64,000 nucleotides of DNA. Source: Chthoniobacterales bacterium. Lineage in GTDB: Bacteria; Verrucomicrobiota; Verrucomicrobiia; Chthoniobacterales; DASVRZ01. The stretch spans positions 18,318 through 82,317 of the forward strand of contig JBBRPA010000004.1 in NCBI GenBank assembly GCA_038228695.1, written 5' to 3'. Below, piece by piece: positions 46,720 to 59,474 of the stretch; the stretch's first letter is position 1, and every line of letters starts with the position of its first letter. The position numbers and the translations under genes were made by a program. Below the pieces are notes generated by a model. It ran no database searches and had not been told where the DNA came from. It saw only the letters and a program-made list of their open reading frames with translations.

Positions 46720-48257
46720 TTCGCGAGCATTCGCAGCAGGCTCATAGAATGGGTCGTGCCAATTTTTTCCGCGCCGGACCAGTGGGCCAATTCCTCCCGG
46801 CAAACCAAAAGATAATCCTTCGGTCCGGGCACACCGGGCGGCATGGCCTGAATGCGTAAACCCGGTGGCGCGTAGAAAAGAAAACTGCTCACTTCTTCGA
46901 TTTCGCGCCCAAGATAAATCTCCGTTCCTGGCATGTAACCTACCTCGACCTTTTTGCCGAAATCTTTCAACGAATGTTGCCAGTCGTATCGAGCCCGTGC
47001 GTCGAGAAGATTGTAAGTCATCGGCACGGTCGAGGCCGCGATGATGAGCAATGCCGCGCGGCTGTGTCGCAGATGCAGAGCCACGACCGCAGCCATTCCA
47101 AAACAAATGATCACGCTCGAGGAGAGCCACCAAATGGGCTGGAGAAGGGAGATCCATTCGTCATCCACGAACTGACTGCAAAAACCGAGTCCGCCAAATC
47201 CGAGAACGACAAGCAAGGCCACACCGGCGATGCGCATACCGCTATTAGCGCGTTCCCAGATTAGGCTCGCGAGCAGGGCGAAAACGGGCGTCAGGCAAGC
47301 CACGTTAGCGGACCATTCTCCGGTGACCCCAAATCCTAATATCCAGAGGGCGGTGCTAACAAACCAGATCCAGATCGCCGCCTCGCTGGGCGTGAGTTCG
47401 TTCAGGCGAAGAATCTTCCGAAGGCGCAGAACGAAAGCTGGCAGGATAATAATTGACCACGGAAAAAGGGTGCGGAAAAAAACGCCCAGATTCTCGAGAC
47501 GCCACTGGATCGGGGCCAGCGATTGATCACCAAAAAAGACTACCACGCCCGCAGCGAGAGCGAGGTTTCCGACAACCCAGTAGGCCGGACGAAGCCGGAT
47601 ACGCGCCTCGCGGAAAAAGGCGAAGGCGGACCAACCGGCGATGATTGCAGGGAGGACTGCCGCGGGCTGTCCCAAGGCGAGCAGACCGGCGAGCGCTAGC
47701 CAGAAAAGCGTTTGCCAACGGATCTCGCTGCGCTGCTCGAGCATACGAATGAGGGCATAGATCGCAATAGTTAGCAGGAGGGCGGTCAGCGCCATGCCGC
47801 TCCCATCGCGACCGTGAAGGATGGGGCCGTTCATTGTGGCGCAGATGATGCCGCTGGCCAGTCCGCGCCAGAAACCACCCATTCGCTCCGCGGCGAGAAA
47901 GACGAGTCCGACGACGATCCAATTGGCGAGGGCGAATGGGAGGCGCGCGGCTAGTTCGTTCACATTGAACAGCCGAAAACTTTGCGCGGTGATCCGCTGG
48001 ACTACGGTGGCGTGGACGGGTTGGCCCCAGAGTTGCGCGATGTCGGCGGGTTGCGCACCGAGGGCGAGCTCGCGTGCGATCGCGGCGTTCATCCCGTCTG
48101 GTCCATTTTCAATCGGCCCCCATGCGCTCGGCGCGACTTGCAAAAGCGCAGCCAGTGCCAGCACGAGCAGAATCATCAAGCGCCTTTGCGAGGGCAGGAT
48201 GATCGGTCCCGCCGTAATTACTTGCGGGTCGAGGGCAGCGATGGAGGGCTGGGTCAT
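46716..48257 (-). CDS. GT-C fold membrane glycosyltransferase (ArnT/GT39-like)
   Basis: ATG at 48257 ('MTQPSIAAL'). Polytopic. 'GPDGMNAAIARELALG' resembles the ArnT-type first loop. Confidence 0.6.
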   Translation of the reverse strand: MTQPSIAALDPQVITAGPIILPSQRRLMILLVLALAALLQVAPSAWGPIENGPDGMNAAIARELALGAQPADIAQLWGQPVHATVVQRITAQSFRLFNVNELAARLPFALANWIVVGLVFLAAERMGGFWRGLASGIICATMNGPILHGRDGSGMALTALLLTIAIYALIRMLEQRSEIRWQTLFWLALAGLLALGQPAAVLPAIIAGWSAFAFFREARIRLRPAYWVVGNLALAAGVVVFFGDQSLAPIQWRLENLGVFFRTLFPWSIIILPAFVLRLRKILRLNELTPSEAAIWIWFVSTALWILGFGVTGEWSANVACLTPVFALLASLIWERANSGMRIAGVALLVVLGFGGLGFCSQFVDDEWISLLQPIWWLSSSVIICFGMAAVVALHLRHSRAALLIIAASTVPMTYNLLDARARYDWQHSLKDFGKKVEVGYMPGTEIYLGREIEEVSSFLFYAPPGLRIQAMPPGVPGPKDYLLVCREELAHWSGAEKIGTTHSMSLLRMLAK

Positions 48258-48270
48258 GCGGGGGGGGCAA

Positions 48271-48735
48271 CTAGCGAAGATGGCTGAATGTTTCCAGCCA
48301 GGCAGCCGGGATGCGGAGAATTTTCGCACCCGGCATGGAGATCAAGGCGAGGAGTTGACGGCAGGTGACAACGACTTTTTCATCACCGAGCCGGACGATT
48401 TGAAACGCGACCCAAAAGCGGCTCCGTTCGATTTTTTCCAAATGACCCCGGACCTCGAGTTTGTCGCCGAGAGCGGCGGGGGAGCGGTAATCGATCTCGG
48501 TGCGAACCACGACAGGATATTCGCCGGACTCGGACATCGTTCGGAGGCTCATGCCCATCTTTTCGGCTAGGTGGGTGCGAGCTGTTTCGATGAAGCGGAG
48601 ATAGGCGATGTTGTGCACGACGGCGGCGCAATCGGTATCGAAAAACATAACCTCGATCGGGGTGATGACGGTGGGCGTTTCAGGTGGATGGCTCACGAGT
48701 GGATTGTGCGTCGCGAAATCGGTTCTGGCAAACAT
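48271..48735 (-). CDS. hotdog-fold acyl-CoA thioesterase (4HBT/YbgC-like)
   Basis: 154-aa ORF with 'VMFFDTDCAAVVHNIAYLRFIETART' and 'YPVVVRTEIDYRSPA'. Confidence 0.82.
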   Translation of the reverse strand: MFARTDFATHNPLVSHPPETPTVITPIEVMFFDTDCAAVVHNIAYLRFIETARTHLAEKMGMSLRTMSESGEYPVVVRTEIDYRSPAALGDKLEVRGHLEKIERSRFWVAFQIVRLGDEKVVVTCRQLLALISMPGAKILRIPAAWLETFSHLR

Positions 48736-48781
48736 TGTTCCGGGCTTGCCGCGGTGAAACGACGATCTATGATCCCAGAAG

Positions 48782-49702
48782 ATGTCTCGCCTGGCTGTTG
48801 TTATACCGCTTTACAATCATGCCGCCTATATCGGCCCGGCGCTCGAATCGGTTTATGATCAAACCCGGCCGCCTGACCGCGTGATCGTGATCGACGATGG
48901 ATCCAGCGATGATTCCTTTTCGGTGGCGAAGAAATTAGCTCGCTCCGGAACCGAGTTGGTCCGCCAGGAAAATTCCGGGGCACATGCGACCTTAAATCGC
49001 GGTGTCGAAATGGCAGGGGATTGCGAGAGGGTAGCGATTTTGAATTCGGACGATGTTTGGCATCCTACCCGGCTTGCGCGTTGCGAGGCGGCTCTGGCCG
49101 GTAAATCGGCTGTCTCTACCGGGTTGCACCTGATTGATTCAGCAGGGGAAACACTGGCGGACGATGCGCCTAAAATGCGGCGGAATCTTACGGTCTGGGC
49201 TGCGGTCGCCCGGGAGAACGATCCGCTGGTTTCGCTCGGTATTTCCAACTTCGCCAAGACGACGAGCAACTTAGTCGCGGACCGTCAGTTTCTTCTTCGT
49301 CATCCGTTTCAAAGCTATCGTTATGTGCACGACTACCACTTTTTTTTACAGGCTGCGCTGGTCGGCGAACTAGCGGTCGTGCCGGACGATTTGCTCGGAT
49401 ACCGCGTGCATGAGACGAATACAATCAAGGCGGATGGCCGCCGTGCGGTGGTCGCGGAGACGGTCCAGATGCATCTCGATCTCATGGGTCAGATCGCCGA
49501 GCAACTGCGAACGTCGTCTGCCCTGCGCGGGCGGTTCCTTGCTTATCTGCGGAAGGTGATGGGAAACCACACGGACTTCCGAGCGGAAGTTTTTTTGCAG
49601 GTTCTGGCAGAGGCGATCCAGCGAAGTCCGGCGGAGTTTCCCGTCTCCGCGTTGCCCGATCTGGAGGAGTTCGAGAGAAAGTCCGAGCCGTTTCCGTATT
49701 AA
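48782..49702 (+). CDS. GT2 glycosyltransferase
   Basis: 306-aa ORF with 'LAVVIPLYNHAAYIGPALESVYDQT' and 'VIVIDDGSSDDS'. Confidence 0.88.
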   Translation: MSRLAVVIPLYNHAAYIGPALESVYDQTRPPDRVIVIDDGSSDDSFSVAKKLARSGTELVRQENSGAHATLNRGVEMAGDCERVAILNSDDVWHPTRLARCEAALAGKSAVSTGLHLIDSAGETLADDAPKMRRNLTVWAAVARENDPLVSLGISNFAKTTSNLVADRQFLLRHPFQSYRYVHDYHFFLQAALVGELAVVPDDLLGYRVHETNTIKADGRRAVVAETVQMHLDLMGQIAEQLRTSSALRGRFLAYLRKVMGNHTDFRAEVFLQVLAEAIQRSPAEFPVSALPDLEEFERKSEPFPY

Positions 49703-49703
49703 C

Positions 49704-50615
49704 TCAGGCGTTTAGCAAGGCGGCTCCAAAAACTCCGGCGCTATCGCCCAAGGTGGGTCGGAGAATCGGCGTTTCGCAAGTTGGATTGAAAAGATTTTTC
49801 ACAATTTCCTGCCGTGTAGCATCGGAATAAAGCAGGTCTAAATTTCCCACCCCGCCGCCGATCACGACGGCATCGGGATCGAGGATGTTGATAATGGTCG
49901 CGAGTCCCTTTCCGAAGTAAGAGGCGAGGCGCTCCATTGTGGCGGTTGCCTGAGGGTCTTCGCCGCTTTCTGCGAGTCGTGCAATTTCGGGGACTGTCAG
50001 CTTTGTTCCGGAGTGCTCGGCGTAGTGGCGCTGCAAACCCGTCCCGGACAGGACCGTCTCCACGCATCCACGCAATCCGCAGTAACAGGGCGCGCCGCCT
50101 GGCTCGAGAACGTTGTGCCCCCATTCACCCGCGATGCCGTGGGGGCCGACTAAAACCTTGCCACCGACGACCACGCCGCCGCCGGCACCGGTGCCGAGGA
50201 TCATTCCAAAAACGCAGTTAGCACCTTTCGCCGCGCCGAGGGTAGCTTCCGCGAGTGCGAAACAATTCGCGTCGTTCGCCATTTTAACCGGAATACCTAG
50301 GCGCTTCGAAATATCCGCACCGAGCGTTCGCTGATTCAGGCAAAGCGTGTTGGAGTTTTTCATTAACCCCGTTTTCGGATCTGTCACCCCCGGAGTTCCG
50401 ATGCCGATCGCGAACGGCCTTTGTCCACTGTCGTCCTGCATCAGGTTCACGAGTTTTTCGATCTGCGAAATAATGTGGTCGTATCCATTTTCTGCCCCGG
50501 TGGGGACGCGCAGGCGGCTACCGTATTCCGCCGAATCGGCAGAATGCAGGATCGCGCCTTCGATTTTTGTTCCGCCAAGGTCGATGCCCCAGAGTGGTTG
50601 ATTTTTTACGCCCAT
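49704..50615 (-). CDS. ROK family sugar kinase (NagK/glucokinase-like)
   Basis: 303-aa ORF with '[12 protein letters not shown]', '[11 protein letters not shown]' and the Zn motif '[10 protein letters not shown]'. Confidence 0.88.
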   Translation of the reverse strand: MGVKNQPLWGIDLGGTKIEGAILHSADSAEYGSRLRVPTGAENGYDHIISQIEKLVNLMQDDSGQRPFAIGIGTPGVTDPKTGLMKNSNTLCLNQRTLGADISKRLGIPVKMANDANCFALAEATLGAAKGANCVFGMILGTGAGGGVVVGGKVLVGPHGIAGEWGHNVLEPGGAPCYCGLRGCVETVLSGTGLQRHYAEHSGTKLTVPEIARLAESGEDPQATATMERLASYFGKGLATIINILDPDAVVIGGGVGNLDLLYSDATRQEIVKNLFNPTCETPILRPTLGDSAGVFGAALLNA

Positions 50616-52144
50616 AAGTTCCGATCTAGAGTGCGATATTGGATCGCTTCGCTCAAGTGTTCGGTCTGGATTGCCTCGCTCTCCGCAAGGTCGGCGATGG
50701 TGCGAGCCACCTTTAAAATCCGATCGTAAGCACGCGCGCTGAGATGCAGGCTGCTCATCGCCATCGTTAGCAACTCGGTCGATTCCTCGCTTAATGCGCA
50801 GTGCGTCTTGATTTGGCGCGACGACATGCGTGCGTTGCAGCTCGTTCCGGCCCGGCCTTGAAACCGGGTTTGCTGAACGCTCCTCGCTTTTTCAACTCGG
50901 TCGCGAATGGCCGAGGACGGCTCCGCCAATTCCTTGCTGGAGAGCGCTTTGAACTCGACGGCGGGCACCTCAACGTGAATGTCGATCCGATCGAGCAACG
51001 GTCCGGAAATTCGCTGCCGGTAACGTTCGACCTGACCTGGGGCGCAGCGGCACGACCGTTTCGGATCACCAAAATATCCACAGGGACACGGGTTCATCGC
51101 CGCGACGAGCATGAACTCCGCCGGAAATGTCATCGATCCCGCGGCCCGCGAAATCGTCACCTTCCCATCCTCCAACGGTTGACGCATGACCTCGAGGGTA
51201 GAACGTTTGAACTCGGGCAACTCATCGAGGAAGAGCACGCCGTGATGAGCCAGACTCACTTCGCCCGGAGTGATGTTGGCCGAGCCACCGAGCAGGCCAA
51301 CATCGGAAATGGTGTGATGCGGCGAGCGAAACGGACGGGTCGCGACAAAGTTGTGCTTACCCTCCAACAATCCGCAGATGCTGTGAATTTTCGTCGTCTC
51401 AATGGCTTCCTCGAGGGTGAGCGAAGGCATGATGCTAACAATGCGTTTGCTGAGCATGGATTTTCCGGACCCGGGCGGTCCTAACATCAGCAGATTATGT
51501 CCGCCTGCGGTGGCGACCTCGATCGCTCGTTTCACCTGTTGCTGGCCTTTCACATCCGCGAAATCGTTTTCATAATTCTCGTGCGTTGTGAAAAGTGCTG
51601 TGAGGTTTTGCCGGACGGGCTTCATCCCGGTGCCGTCGACCAGAAACTCGTGAAGCTGTCGCAGGTTCGAAACGCCATACACTTCGATCTCCTCGACAAC
51701 GGCCGCCTCGAGCGCGTTGCTCTCGGGGACAAAAAGGCGCTTTTTTCCGGCGTTCCGCGCCGCGATCGCAATGGGGAGGACGCCTTTGACTGACCGGACC
51801 GCCCCGGTTAATGCGAGTTCGCCGACGAAGAGGCTATCCTCGAGATCCGGCGGTTCGCCCTCGCCTCCACAAACAACCAGACCCAACGCGATGGGAAGGT
51901 CAAAGCTCGGCCCTTCCTTCTTGATGTCGGCTGGCGCGAGATTGATGGTGGTTCGGTTGCGCGGCCAGTAGAAGCCGCTGTTAGTGATCGCCGTGGTCAC
52001 CCGGTCCTTGCTTTCTTTTACCGCTGTGTCCGGTAGCCCAACGATGACAATCACCGGATCGCCCGACCGTGCCACATTTACCTCGATTTCCACAGCCATG
52101 GCTTCCACGCCTTGCACGGCAGCCGAATATATTTTTGCGAGCAT
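50606..52144 (-). CDS. YifB/ComM family Mg-chelatase-like AAA ATPase
   Basis: 512-aa ORF with a Lon-like N-domain, Walker A 'GPPGSGKS', 'LFLDELPEF' and the Cys block '[17 protein letters not shown]'. Confidence 0.92.
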   Translation of the reverse strand: MLAKIYSAAVQGVEAMAVEIEVNVARSGDPVIVIVGLPDTAVKESKDRVTTAITNSGFYWPRNRTTINLAPADIKKEGPSFDLPIALGLVVCGGEGEPPDLEDSLFVGELALTGAVRSVKGVLPIAIAARNAGKKRLFVPESNALEAAVVEEIEVYGVSNLRQLHEFLVDGTGMKPVRQNLTALFTTHENYENDFADVKGQQQVKRAIEVATAGGHNLLMLGPPGSGKSMLSKRIVSIMPSLTLEEAIETTKIHSICGLLEGKHNFVATRPFRSPHHTISDVGLLGGSANITPGEVSLAHHGVLFLDELPEFKRSTLEVMRQPLEDGKVTISRAAGSMTFPAEFMLVAAMNPCPCGYFGDPKRSCRCAPGQVERYRQRISGPLLDRIDIHVEVPAVEFKALSSKELAEPSSAIRDRVEKARSVQQTRFQGRAGTSCNARMSSRQIKTHCALSEESTELLTMAMSSLHLSARAYDRILKVARTIADLAESEAIQTEHLSEAIQYRTLDRNLWA

Positions 52145-52296
52145 CGACCGAATTTGCCAAACTCTCTTGCATCGGGCGAATCAAAAAGTTGTTTCCTTGA
52201 AAAATGACGATGGACCATTTCGGTTGACGCCGCCGTCCGGGAATGGAGGAATAATCTTTTACCGAGTTTTCCCGTCCTGCCAGAATCAGTTCTCGA

Positions 52297-53292
52297 ATGA
52301 ACCCGACCCTTTCCCATCACCTGTCAGGCAACGATTTCATAGTCGTTGGCGCGGGCATTTCCGGGCAATTGTTGGCTCGGGCTTTGGCTCGGCGTGGGCT
52401 TCGCGTTGTCCTCGTGCACGACCCAGCGCAAGCGGGAGCCAGTCGGGTAGCGGCGTGGATGGTCAATCCTGTTACCGGCATTCGCTTTGTGCCCTCGTGG
52501 CGGGTGGATTGGCTGCTGCCCGAAGCGATCCGACTCTACGGTGAACTTGAGCAGGAAAGCGGATTGAAAATCTGGCATCCCCTTTCAATTCGGCGTTATT
52601 TTCAAGGCAATGATGAAATTCCGCGTTGGGAAAAAAAGCGAAACCTTCCAGAGGTCCGCCGGTTCATTTTGGAGGAGCACAACGACGGCGTCACCTTTCA
52701 CTCCGGAGGCTGGGCGGATCTGTCCCCTTGGTTGCAATGGCATCTCCAACATCCGAGCGCTGGCGTAACCGTGGTGGAGGAAACCATTACCCGACAGCTG
52801 CTGGAGCGCGATCTTCCAAGGAACGCGAGAGCCGTGTTTTGCACAGGTTATCATCCCTCAGCACTGCCGTGGAAACCGGCCAAAGGCGAGTTGCTCACCG
52901 TCCGTATCCCTGGACTGCGCCTCGACCAGATTCGCTTGCGGGGTATTTTTGTCATCCCAATTAAGGAGGACGTTTTCCGGGTGGGCGCGACTTACGAGTG
53001 GGACGATCTTTCGGCCGACTGCACAAACGAAGCGCGGGATTTCCTAACCAAACAACTCACATCGCTGGTGGATGTTCCATTCGAGGTGCTTGATGCACAA
53101 ACGGCGATTCGGCCGATTCTGCGGGACGCGCGCCCAGTCATCGGAATGGAGCCGGGTGATCCACGCTTCGGCGTCTGCAACGGCTTCGGGTCAAAGGCTG
53201 CGCTGCAAGCTCCCGCGATCACGGAGCATTTTGCGGATCATTTGCTCAGAGGCACGCTGCTCGATCCGGAAATGGACCTCGCCCGGCTTTAA
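52297..53292 (+). CDS. FAD-dependent oxidoreductase (DAO family)
   Basis: 331-aa ORF with the dinucleotide-binding motif 'DFIVVGAGISGQLLARALARRG'. The substrate is unknown. Confidence 0.75.
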   Translation: MNPTLSHHLSGNDFIVVGAGISGQLLARALARRGLRVVLVHDPAQAGASRVAAWMVNPVTGIRFVPSWRVDWLLPEAIRLYGELEQESGLKIWHPLSIRRYFQGNDEIPRWEKKRNLPEVRRFILEEHNDGVTFHSGGWADLSPWLQWHLQHPSAGVTVVEETITRQLLERDLPRNARAVFCTGYHPSALPWKPAKGELLTVRIPGLRLDQIRLRGIFVIPIKEDVFRVGATYEWDDLSADCTNEARDFLTKQLTSLVDVPFEVLDAQTAIRPILRDARPVIGMEPGDPRFGVCNGFGSKAALQAPAITEHFADHLLRGTLLDPEMDLARL

Positions 53293-54404
53293 GCGAGGAA
53301 CCACGCGATGGCGCGGGTCGTCGCCTCGGCTAGTCGCGGGCGGACTTCGCGCATCGACTGGGCGATCGGTGTGTCGCCATCTGAAAGCGCCTCGCAGTGG
53401 GAGAAAAGTGCGGCCGAGTTTGAGCTCACCCGTCCGGCAACTGCGATGACTGGTTTGTTGTATCTTTGCGCCAGTCGAGCGACCCCAGCGGGGCCCTTAC
53501 CATCTAGCGTTTGACCGTCGAGCGACCCTTCGCCGGTGAAAATCAAATCAGCTTCCGCTACGGCCTTTTCCAAACTGATCAGACCGGCCACGAGATCAAA
53601 ACCGGAAACCAGTCGTGCGTTGGCAAATGTTAGCAACCCGTAACCAAGGCCTCCCGCTGCGCCAGCTCCCGGGACATCGCGCTCGTCGCGTCCGATTTGC
53701 GTGGCGGCAACGGAAGCTAGATGCGTCAGCGCCATTTCCAACAGACCGAGGTCTTTCGCGTCGGCTCCTTTTTGCGGTCCGAAAATCCGCGTTGCACCGT
53801 TGGCGCCGAGCAGTGGATTAGTCACATCGCAAGCTGCGATGATCTGGGGCCACGCCTCCCTTTTTGGTGCGATGATTTCCGTGATTTGGAGAAAATCTTC
53901 CGGAGTCACCCAGCGCCGGTGATCGGTGAATGGGGCAAATTTCCAACCGAGCGCACAGGCGAGGCCGACTCCGGCATCGTTGGTCGCGCTGCCACCGAGG
54001 CCGAGGATGATTTTCCGCGCGCCATGGTGGATCGCGTCGAGCAATAATTCTCCGACGCCGAAGGTCGTTGCGCGGAGCGGATCGCGCTCGGAGGGCTCGA
54101 TCGAACCCAGCCCAGCGACGGCGCTCATCTCGATCACTGCGGTCGCATCTCTTTCGAGCCAAACGTAGCGGCCGATGATCCCTCGTCCGAGGGCGTCGTG
54201 ACTCGCCGCGTTGATCCATTCTCCATTGCAGGCGGAACAAACGACTGCGGCCGTGCCTTCGCCGCCGTCGGCAATGGGAAGGAGGGTGATTTCGTGGCTT
54301 GGTCCGAGATCTTGGATGGCTTGGGCGATGATGGCCGCGGCCTCGGGAGCGGTCAGGCAGCCCTTGAATTTATCGGGAGCGATGAGGATTCGCATGGTCG
54401 GCAA
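53289..54404 (-). CDS. glycerate kinase
   Basis: 371-aa ORF with 'MRILIAPDKFKGCLTA', 'ADGGEGT' and 'GEGSLDGQTLDGKGP'. Its stop shares the palindromic TTAA (53289-53292) with the converging oxidoreductase gene. Confidence 0.9.
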   Translation of the reverse strand: MPTMRILIAPDKFKGCLTAPEAAAIIAQAIQDLGPSHEITLLPIADGGEGTAAVVCSACNGEWINAASHDALGRGIIGRYVWLERDATAVIEMSAVAGLGSIEPSERDPLRATTFGVGELLLDAIHHGARKIILGLGGSATNDAGVGLACALGWKFAPFTDHRRWVTPEDFLQITEIIAPKREAWPQIIAACDVTNPLLGANGATRIFGPQKGADAKDLGLLEMALTHLASVAATQIGRDERDVPGAGAAGGLGYGLLTFANARLVSGFDLVAGLISLEKAVAEADLIFTGEGSLDGQTLDGKGPAGVARLAQRYNKPVIAVAGRVSSNSAALFSHCEALSDGDTPIAQSMREVRPRLAEATTRAIAWFLA

Positions 54405-54452
54405 ACTGCTTGGCGCGTGGAAAAATCTCGTCCATAGTCACAATTCCGATGC

Positions 54453-54525
<73 letters not shown>

Positions 54526-54538
54526 TTTGGTTGGATGG

Positions 54539-56017
54539 TTAGTAACGGCGGGAGCGGCTGCGACTGCTGGCGGCTCCGCCTAAAATGCCGCCCATGATGC
54601 TCCCGAGGACGCCGCGAACAATCGTTCGGCCCATTTGCGTGCCCATGGCGCGAAGGACGCTAGTTCCTACGCTGGTGGCGATCTTCATGACTTCGGAAGG
54701 TTTGCCGGGAGCTGCGGGGGCTGCGCCCGGCGCGCTGGTAGCGGCGGCGGTTTTGGCCTGGAGCAGTTCGTAAGCGGATTCGCGATCAACGACTTTTTCG
54801 TAGTGCCCATAGAGATCGCTCGCCTTGATCGTGGCGGAACGTTCGTCGGGTGTGAGTGGAGTGAGGCGCGATGCGGGTGGGTAAATGAGGCAGCGGTCGA
54901 CGATTTCCGGCGTGCCTTTTTCGTCGAGACAGGAAACGAGCGCCTCGCCTACGGCTAATTCGGTGATCGCGGTAGCGGTGTCGAGTTTCGGATTGGCGCG
55001 GAAGGTGTCGGCGGCGGTTTTGACGGCTTTCTGGTCGCGCGGGGTGAAGGCGCGGAGAGCGTGCTGGACGCGGTTGCCGAGCTGGCCGAGAACGGTTTCG
55101 GGAATGTCGAGCGGGCTTTGGGTGACGAAATAAATGCCGACGCCTTTGGAGCGAATCAGTCGCACGACCTGTTCGATTTTTTGCTGGAGGAAATCGGGCG
55201 CGTCGTTGAAGAGCAGATGGGCTTCGTCAAAGAAGAAGGCGATTTTTGGTTTCTCCGGATCGCCGGCCTCGGGAAGGCGCTCGAAGAGTTCCGACATGAG
55301 CCAGAGCAGGAAGGTGGCGTAAAGGTTGGGCGAATTGATCAGCTTGTCGGCAGCGAGCAGATTGATGACGCCTTTACCACCGTCGGTTTGGATAAGGTCG
55401 TCGAGATCGAGAGCGGGTTCGCCAAAGAATTTATCGCCGCCCTGCGACTGGAGCGCGAGGAGGCCGCGTTGGATGGCACCGACGCTGGCGCTAGAGACGT
55501 TGCCGTAATTGGTCTGGTATTGCGCGGCGTTGTCGGCGACGTGGGAGAGCATCGCGCGCAGGTCCTTGAGATCGAGCAAGAGCAGTTTTTCGTCGTCGGC
55601 GATTTTGAAAATGAGGTTGAGCACGCCACCCTGGACTTCGTTCAAACCCAGCAGGCGGGCCATTAAAAGCGGGCCCATTTCGGAGACGGTGGCGCGAACC
55701 GGATGGCCCTGCTCGCCGAAGATGTCCCAGAAGCGGACGGGAAACTTCTCGAAGGCGAAATCGCCGAGGCCGACGTCCTTGACGCGTTGGTCGATCCGAG
55801 GATTGGATTCTCCGGCTTGGCCGATGCCGGAGACGTCCCCTTTCACATCGGCGAGGAAAACGGGTACACCCATGTCGCTGAAACGTTCGGCGAGCACGCG
55901 CAGGGTGACGGTTTTCCCGGTTCCCGTCGCTCCGGCAACGAGGCCGTGCCGGTTGGCCATGCGAGGTAAAAGAATGTGTTCGGAGGAGCCTTTGGCAAAC
56001 GGGACGGGTTCGGTCAT
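54539..56017 (-). CDS. DUF853 family (HerA/YjgR-like) P-loop ATPase
   Basis: 492-aa ORF with '[16 protein letters not shown]', 'VFLADVKGD' and '[10 protein letters not shown]'. Confidence 0.85.
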   Translation of the reverse strand: MTEPVPFAKGSSEHILLPRMANRHGLVAGATGTGKTVTLRVLAERFSDMGVPVFLADVKGDVSGIGQAGESNPRIDQRVKDVGLGDFAFEKFPVRFWDIFGEQGHPVRATVSEMGPLLMARLLGLNEVQGGVLNLIFKIADDEKLLLLDLKDLRAMLSHVADNAAQYQTNYGNVSSASVGAIQRGLLALQSQGGDKFFGEPALDLDDLIQTDGGKGVINLLAADKLINSPNLYATFLLWLMSELFERLPEAGDPEKPKIAFFFDEAHLLFNDAPDFLQQKIEQVVRLIRSKGVGIYFVTQSPLDIPETVLGQLGNRVQHALRAFTPRDQKAVKTAADTFRANPKLDTATAITELAVGEALVSCLDEKGTPEIVDRCLIYPPASRLTPLTPDERSATIKASDLYGHYEKVVDRESAYELLQAKTAAATSAPGAAPAAPGKPSEVMKIATSVGTSVLRAMGTQMGRTIVRGVLGSIMGGILGGAASSRSRSRRY

Positions 56018-56098
56018 GGCTTGCAGCCTAGGCGATGACTACCGACCAAGGCAAGAGCGCGTTGTCTACGACCTGCCCGCGGCGAGCAGAGAGGCGAC

Positions 56099-56869
56099 TT
56101 ATTCGCGGAGTTTCAGCGTGTTCTCGACGATCTGGGCGAAACTCCGGGCGTCGAGGCTGGCGCCACCGACGAGTGCGCCGTCGATGTCAGGTTGGCTCAT
56201 CAAGTCGGCGGTGTTCTCCGGTTTGACGCTGCCGCCATATTGGATGCGGATCTTTTCGGCGGTGGACTGGTCGGCAATTTCCCCGATGGTTTTGCGAATA
56301 AAGGCGTGGGCCTGTTGGGCCTGTTCTGGGGTGGCGGTGCGACCGGTGCCGATGGCCCAGACGGGCTCGTAGGCGATGACCGTTTCGACGATTTCTTTCG
56401 GAGTGAGATCGGCCAAACCACCGCGCAACTGGGTGGCGAGAACGGTTTCGACCTCGCCCGCGTCGCGCTGGGTGAGGGTTTCGCCAACGCAAAGAATCGG
56501 ACGAAGCGCAGCCACATGGGCGGCTTTGACTTTTTTGTTCACGATCTCGTCGGTCTCGCCAAAGAGCGCCCGGCGTTCGCTATGGCCGATAACGACGAAG
56601 CGGACGTAAAGGTCGCGCAACATTCCGGCGCTGATCTCGCCGGTGAACGCTCCAGCTTTTTCGAAGTGCATGTTTTGCGCTCCGACCTTGATGCTCTGAT
56701 GTTTACCGAGACTTTCGGTGACTGTCGCGATGGAAAGGAACGGTGGAATGATCACGACCTCGACGTCGAGTTCATCACCTACTTCACGAAGGAAGCTCTC
56801 CATGAACGAGCGGGCTTCCCCGTTGGTCATGTTCATTTTCCAGTTGGCGGCGAGGATTTTTTTACGCAT
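56099..56869 (-). CDS. tpiA: triose-phosphate isomerase
   Basis: ATG at 56869 gives '[13 protein letters not shown]'. Also 'VIGHSERR' and '[11 protein letters not shown]'. The longer ORF to 57244 runs into pgk and is rejected. Confidence 0.93.
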   Translation of the reverse strand: MRKKILAANWKMNMTNGEARSFMESFLREVGDELDVEVVIIPPFLSIATVTESLGKHQSIKVGAQNMHFEKAGAFTGEISAGMLRDLYVRFVVIGHSERRALFGETDEIVNKKVKAAHVAALRPILCVGETLTQRDAGEVETVLATQLRGGLADLTPKEIVETVIAYEPVWAIGTGRTATPEQAQQAHAFIRKTIGEIADQSTAEKIRIQYGGSVKPENTADLMSQPDIDGALVGGASLDARSFAQIVENTLKLRE

Positions 56870-56906
56870 TTGGGCAGTTTTCTTTGAGGAGGCCGAGAGA
56901 GGCCGT

Positions 56907-58121
56907 TTATTTGTCCGCAAGGGCGGCGACGCCGGGGAGAGTTTTACCTTCGAGAAGCTCGAGGGAAGCTCCGCCGCCGGTGGAAATGAAAGTGACTTTG
57001 TCCGCAACACCGGCGCGTTTGATGGCTTTGACGCTGTCCCCGCCGCCGATGATGGTTTTTGCGCTCTGATTTTGCGCGATGACCTCGGCGAGAGCGAACG
57101 TGCCTTTGGCGCACTCTTTGATCTCAAAGACACCCATCGGGCCGTTCCAAAGGACGGTCTTAGCGGAAGCGATTTCTGTGGAAAAAAGTTTGATCGTTTC
57201 CGGTCCGATATCGACGCCTTCCCAGCCGTCCGGGATGTCTTCACCGGGCGAAGTATATTTTCCAGGGCTGACCGTCTTGGCTTTGAAATCGAGCGTCTCC
57301 ACGATGTAATTATCGACCGGCAGGAGAAATTTGACGCCTTTCTTTTCTGCTTTCGCGAGCGCGGCTTTGGCGGTTTCGACGCGGTCAGGTTCGCTCAACG
57401 ATTTGCCGATTTTTTTTCCCAGCGCGAGGCCGAAAGTGTAAGCCATGCCGCCGCCGATGAGGATGGTGTCGGCCTTTTCGAGCAGGGCGTCGATGACTTG
57501 AATTTTATCGGAAACCTTGGCGCCGCCGAGGATGACGACGAAAGGTTTGGCCGGATTTGCGAGTTCGTCGCCGAGGAAATGGAGTTCCTTCTCCATCAAT
57601 AAACCGGAAACGGCGGTGCCCACGACGTGCGCAACGCCCTCGGTCGAGGCATGGGCGCGGTGAGCGGAGCCGAATGCGTCGTTGACGTAGATATCGGCGA
57701 GTTGGGCGAATTGTTTTGCGAGTTCGGGGGCGTTTTTCTCCTCGCCGGGTTCGAAGCGGACATTCTCCAAAAGGAGAACCTCGCCCGGGTCGAGCGCTTG
57801 GGATTTTTCAATCGCCTCGGGACCGACGCAAACGCTAGAAAACGCCACCGGGATCTCGAGCAACTCTGCCAGTCGTACGGCAACCGGACGCAGACTTTGT
57901 TTCAGATCGATCTGGCCTTTGGGACGCCCGAGATGGCTGCAAAGAATGACTTTCGCGCCGTGCTCCACGAGGTAGCGGAGCGTGGGCAAGGTCTCACGGA
58001 TGCGGGTGTCGTCGGTGATCACCATGCCGCCCTCCTTGTCGTCGAGCGGAACGTTGAAATCGACCCGCACGAGAACGCGCTTGCCGGTGACGGAGATGTC
58101 GCGGATGTCTTTTTTAGCCAT
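56907..58121 (-). CDS. pgk: phosphoglycerate kinase
   Basis: 404-aa ORF with 'RVDFNVPL', 'SHLGRPKG' and 'STGGGASLE'. Confidence 0.95.
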   Translation of the reverse strand: MAKKDIRDISVTGKRVLVRVDFNVPLDDKEGGMVITDDTRIRETLPTLRYLVEHGAKVILCSHLGRPKGQIDLKQSLRPVAVRLAELLEIPVAFSSVCVGPEAIEKSQALDPGEVLLLENVRFEPGEEKNAPELAKQFAQLADIYVNDAFGSAHRAHASTEGVAHVVGTAVSGLLMEKELHFLGDELANPAKPFVVILGGAKVSDKIQVIDALLEKADTILIGGGMAYTFGLALGKKIGKSLSEPDRVETAKAALAKAEKKGVKFLLPVDNYIVETLDFKAKTVSPGKYTSPGEDIPDGWEGVDIGPETIKLFSTEIASAKTVLWNGPMGVFEIKECAKGTFALAEVIAQNQSAKTIIGGGDSVKAIKRAGVADKVTFISTGGGASLELLEGKTLPGVAALADK

Positions 58122-58142
58122 GGAACGGAGAGGTCTCGGAGC

Positions 58143-59393
<1,251 letters not shown>

Positions 59394-59474
59394 TTACGGG
59401 GCATCAGCGGGATGAGGCGGCGAATGATTTCGCGGGCCTGGCTGGCTTCCCTTGGCAGGAAATAGTGGCGTGCG

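Noticed and set aside
53289-53292. The shared palindromic TTAA stop of the converging oxidoreductase and glycerate kinase genes.
   Set aside because: It is real in the sequence but a common consequence of compact genomes. There is no reason to infer a regulatory function.
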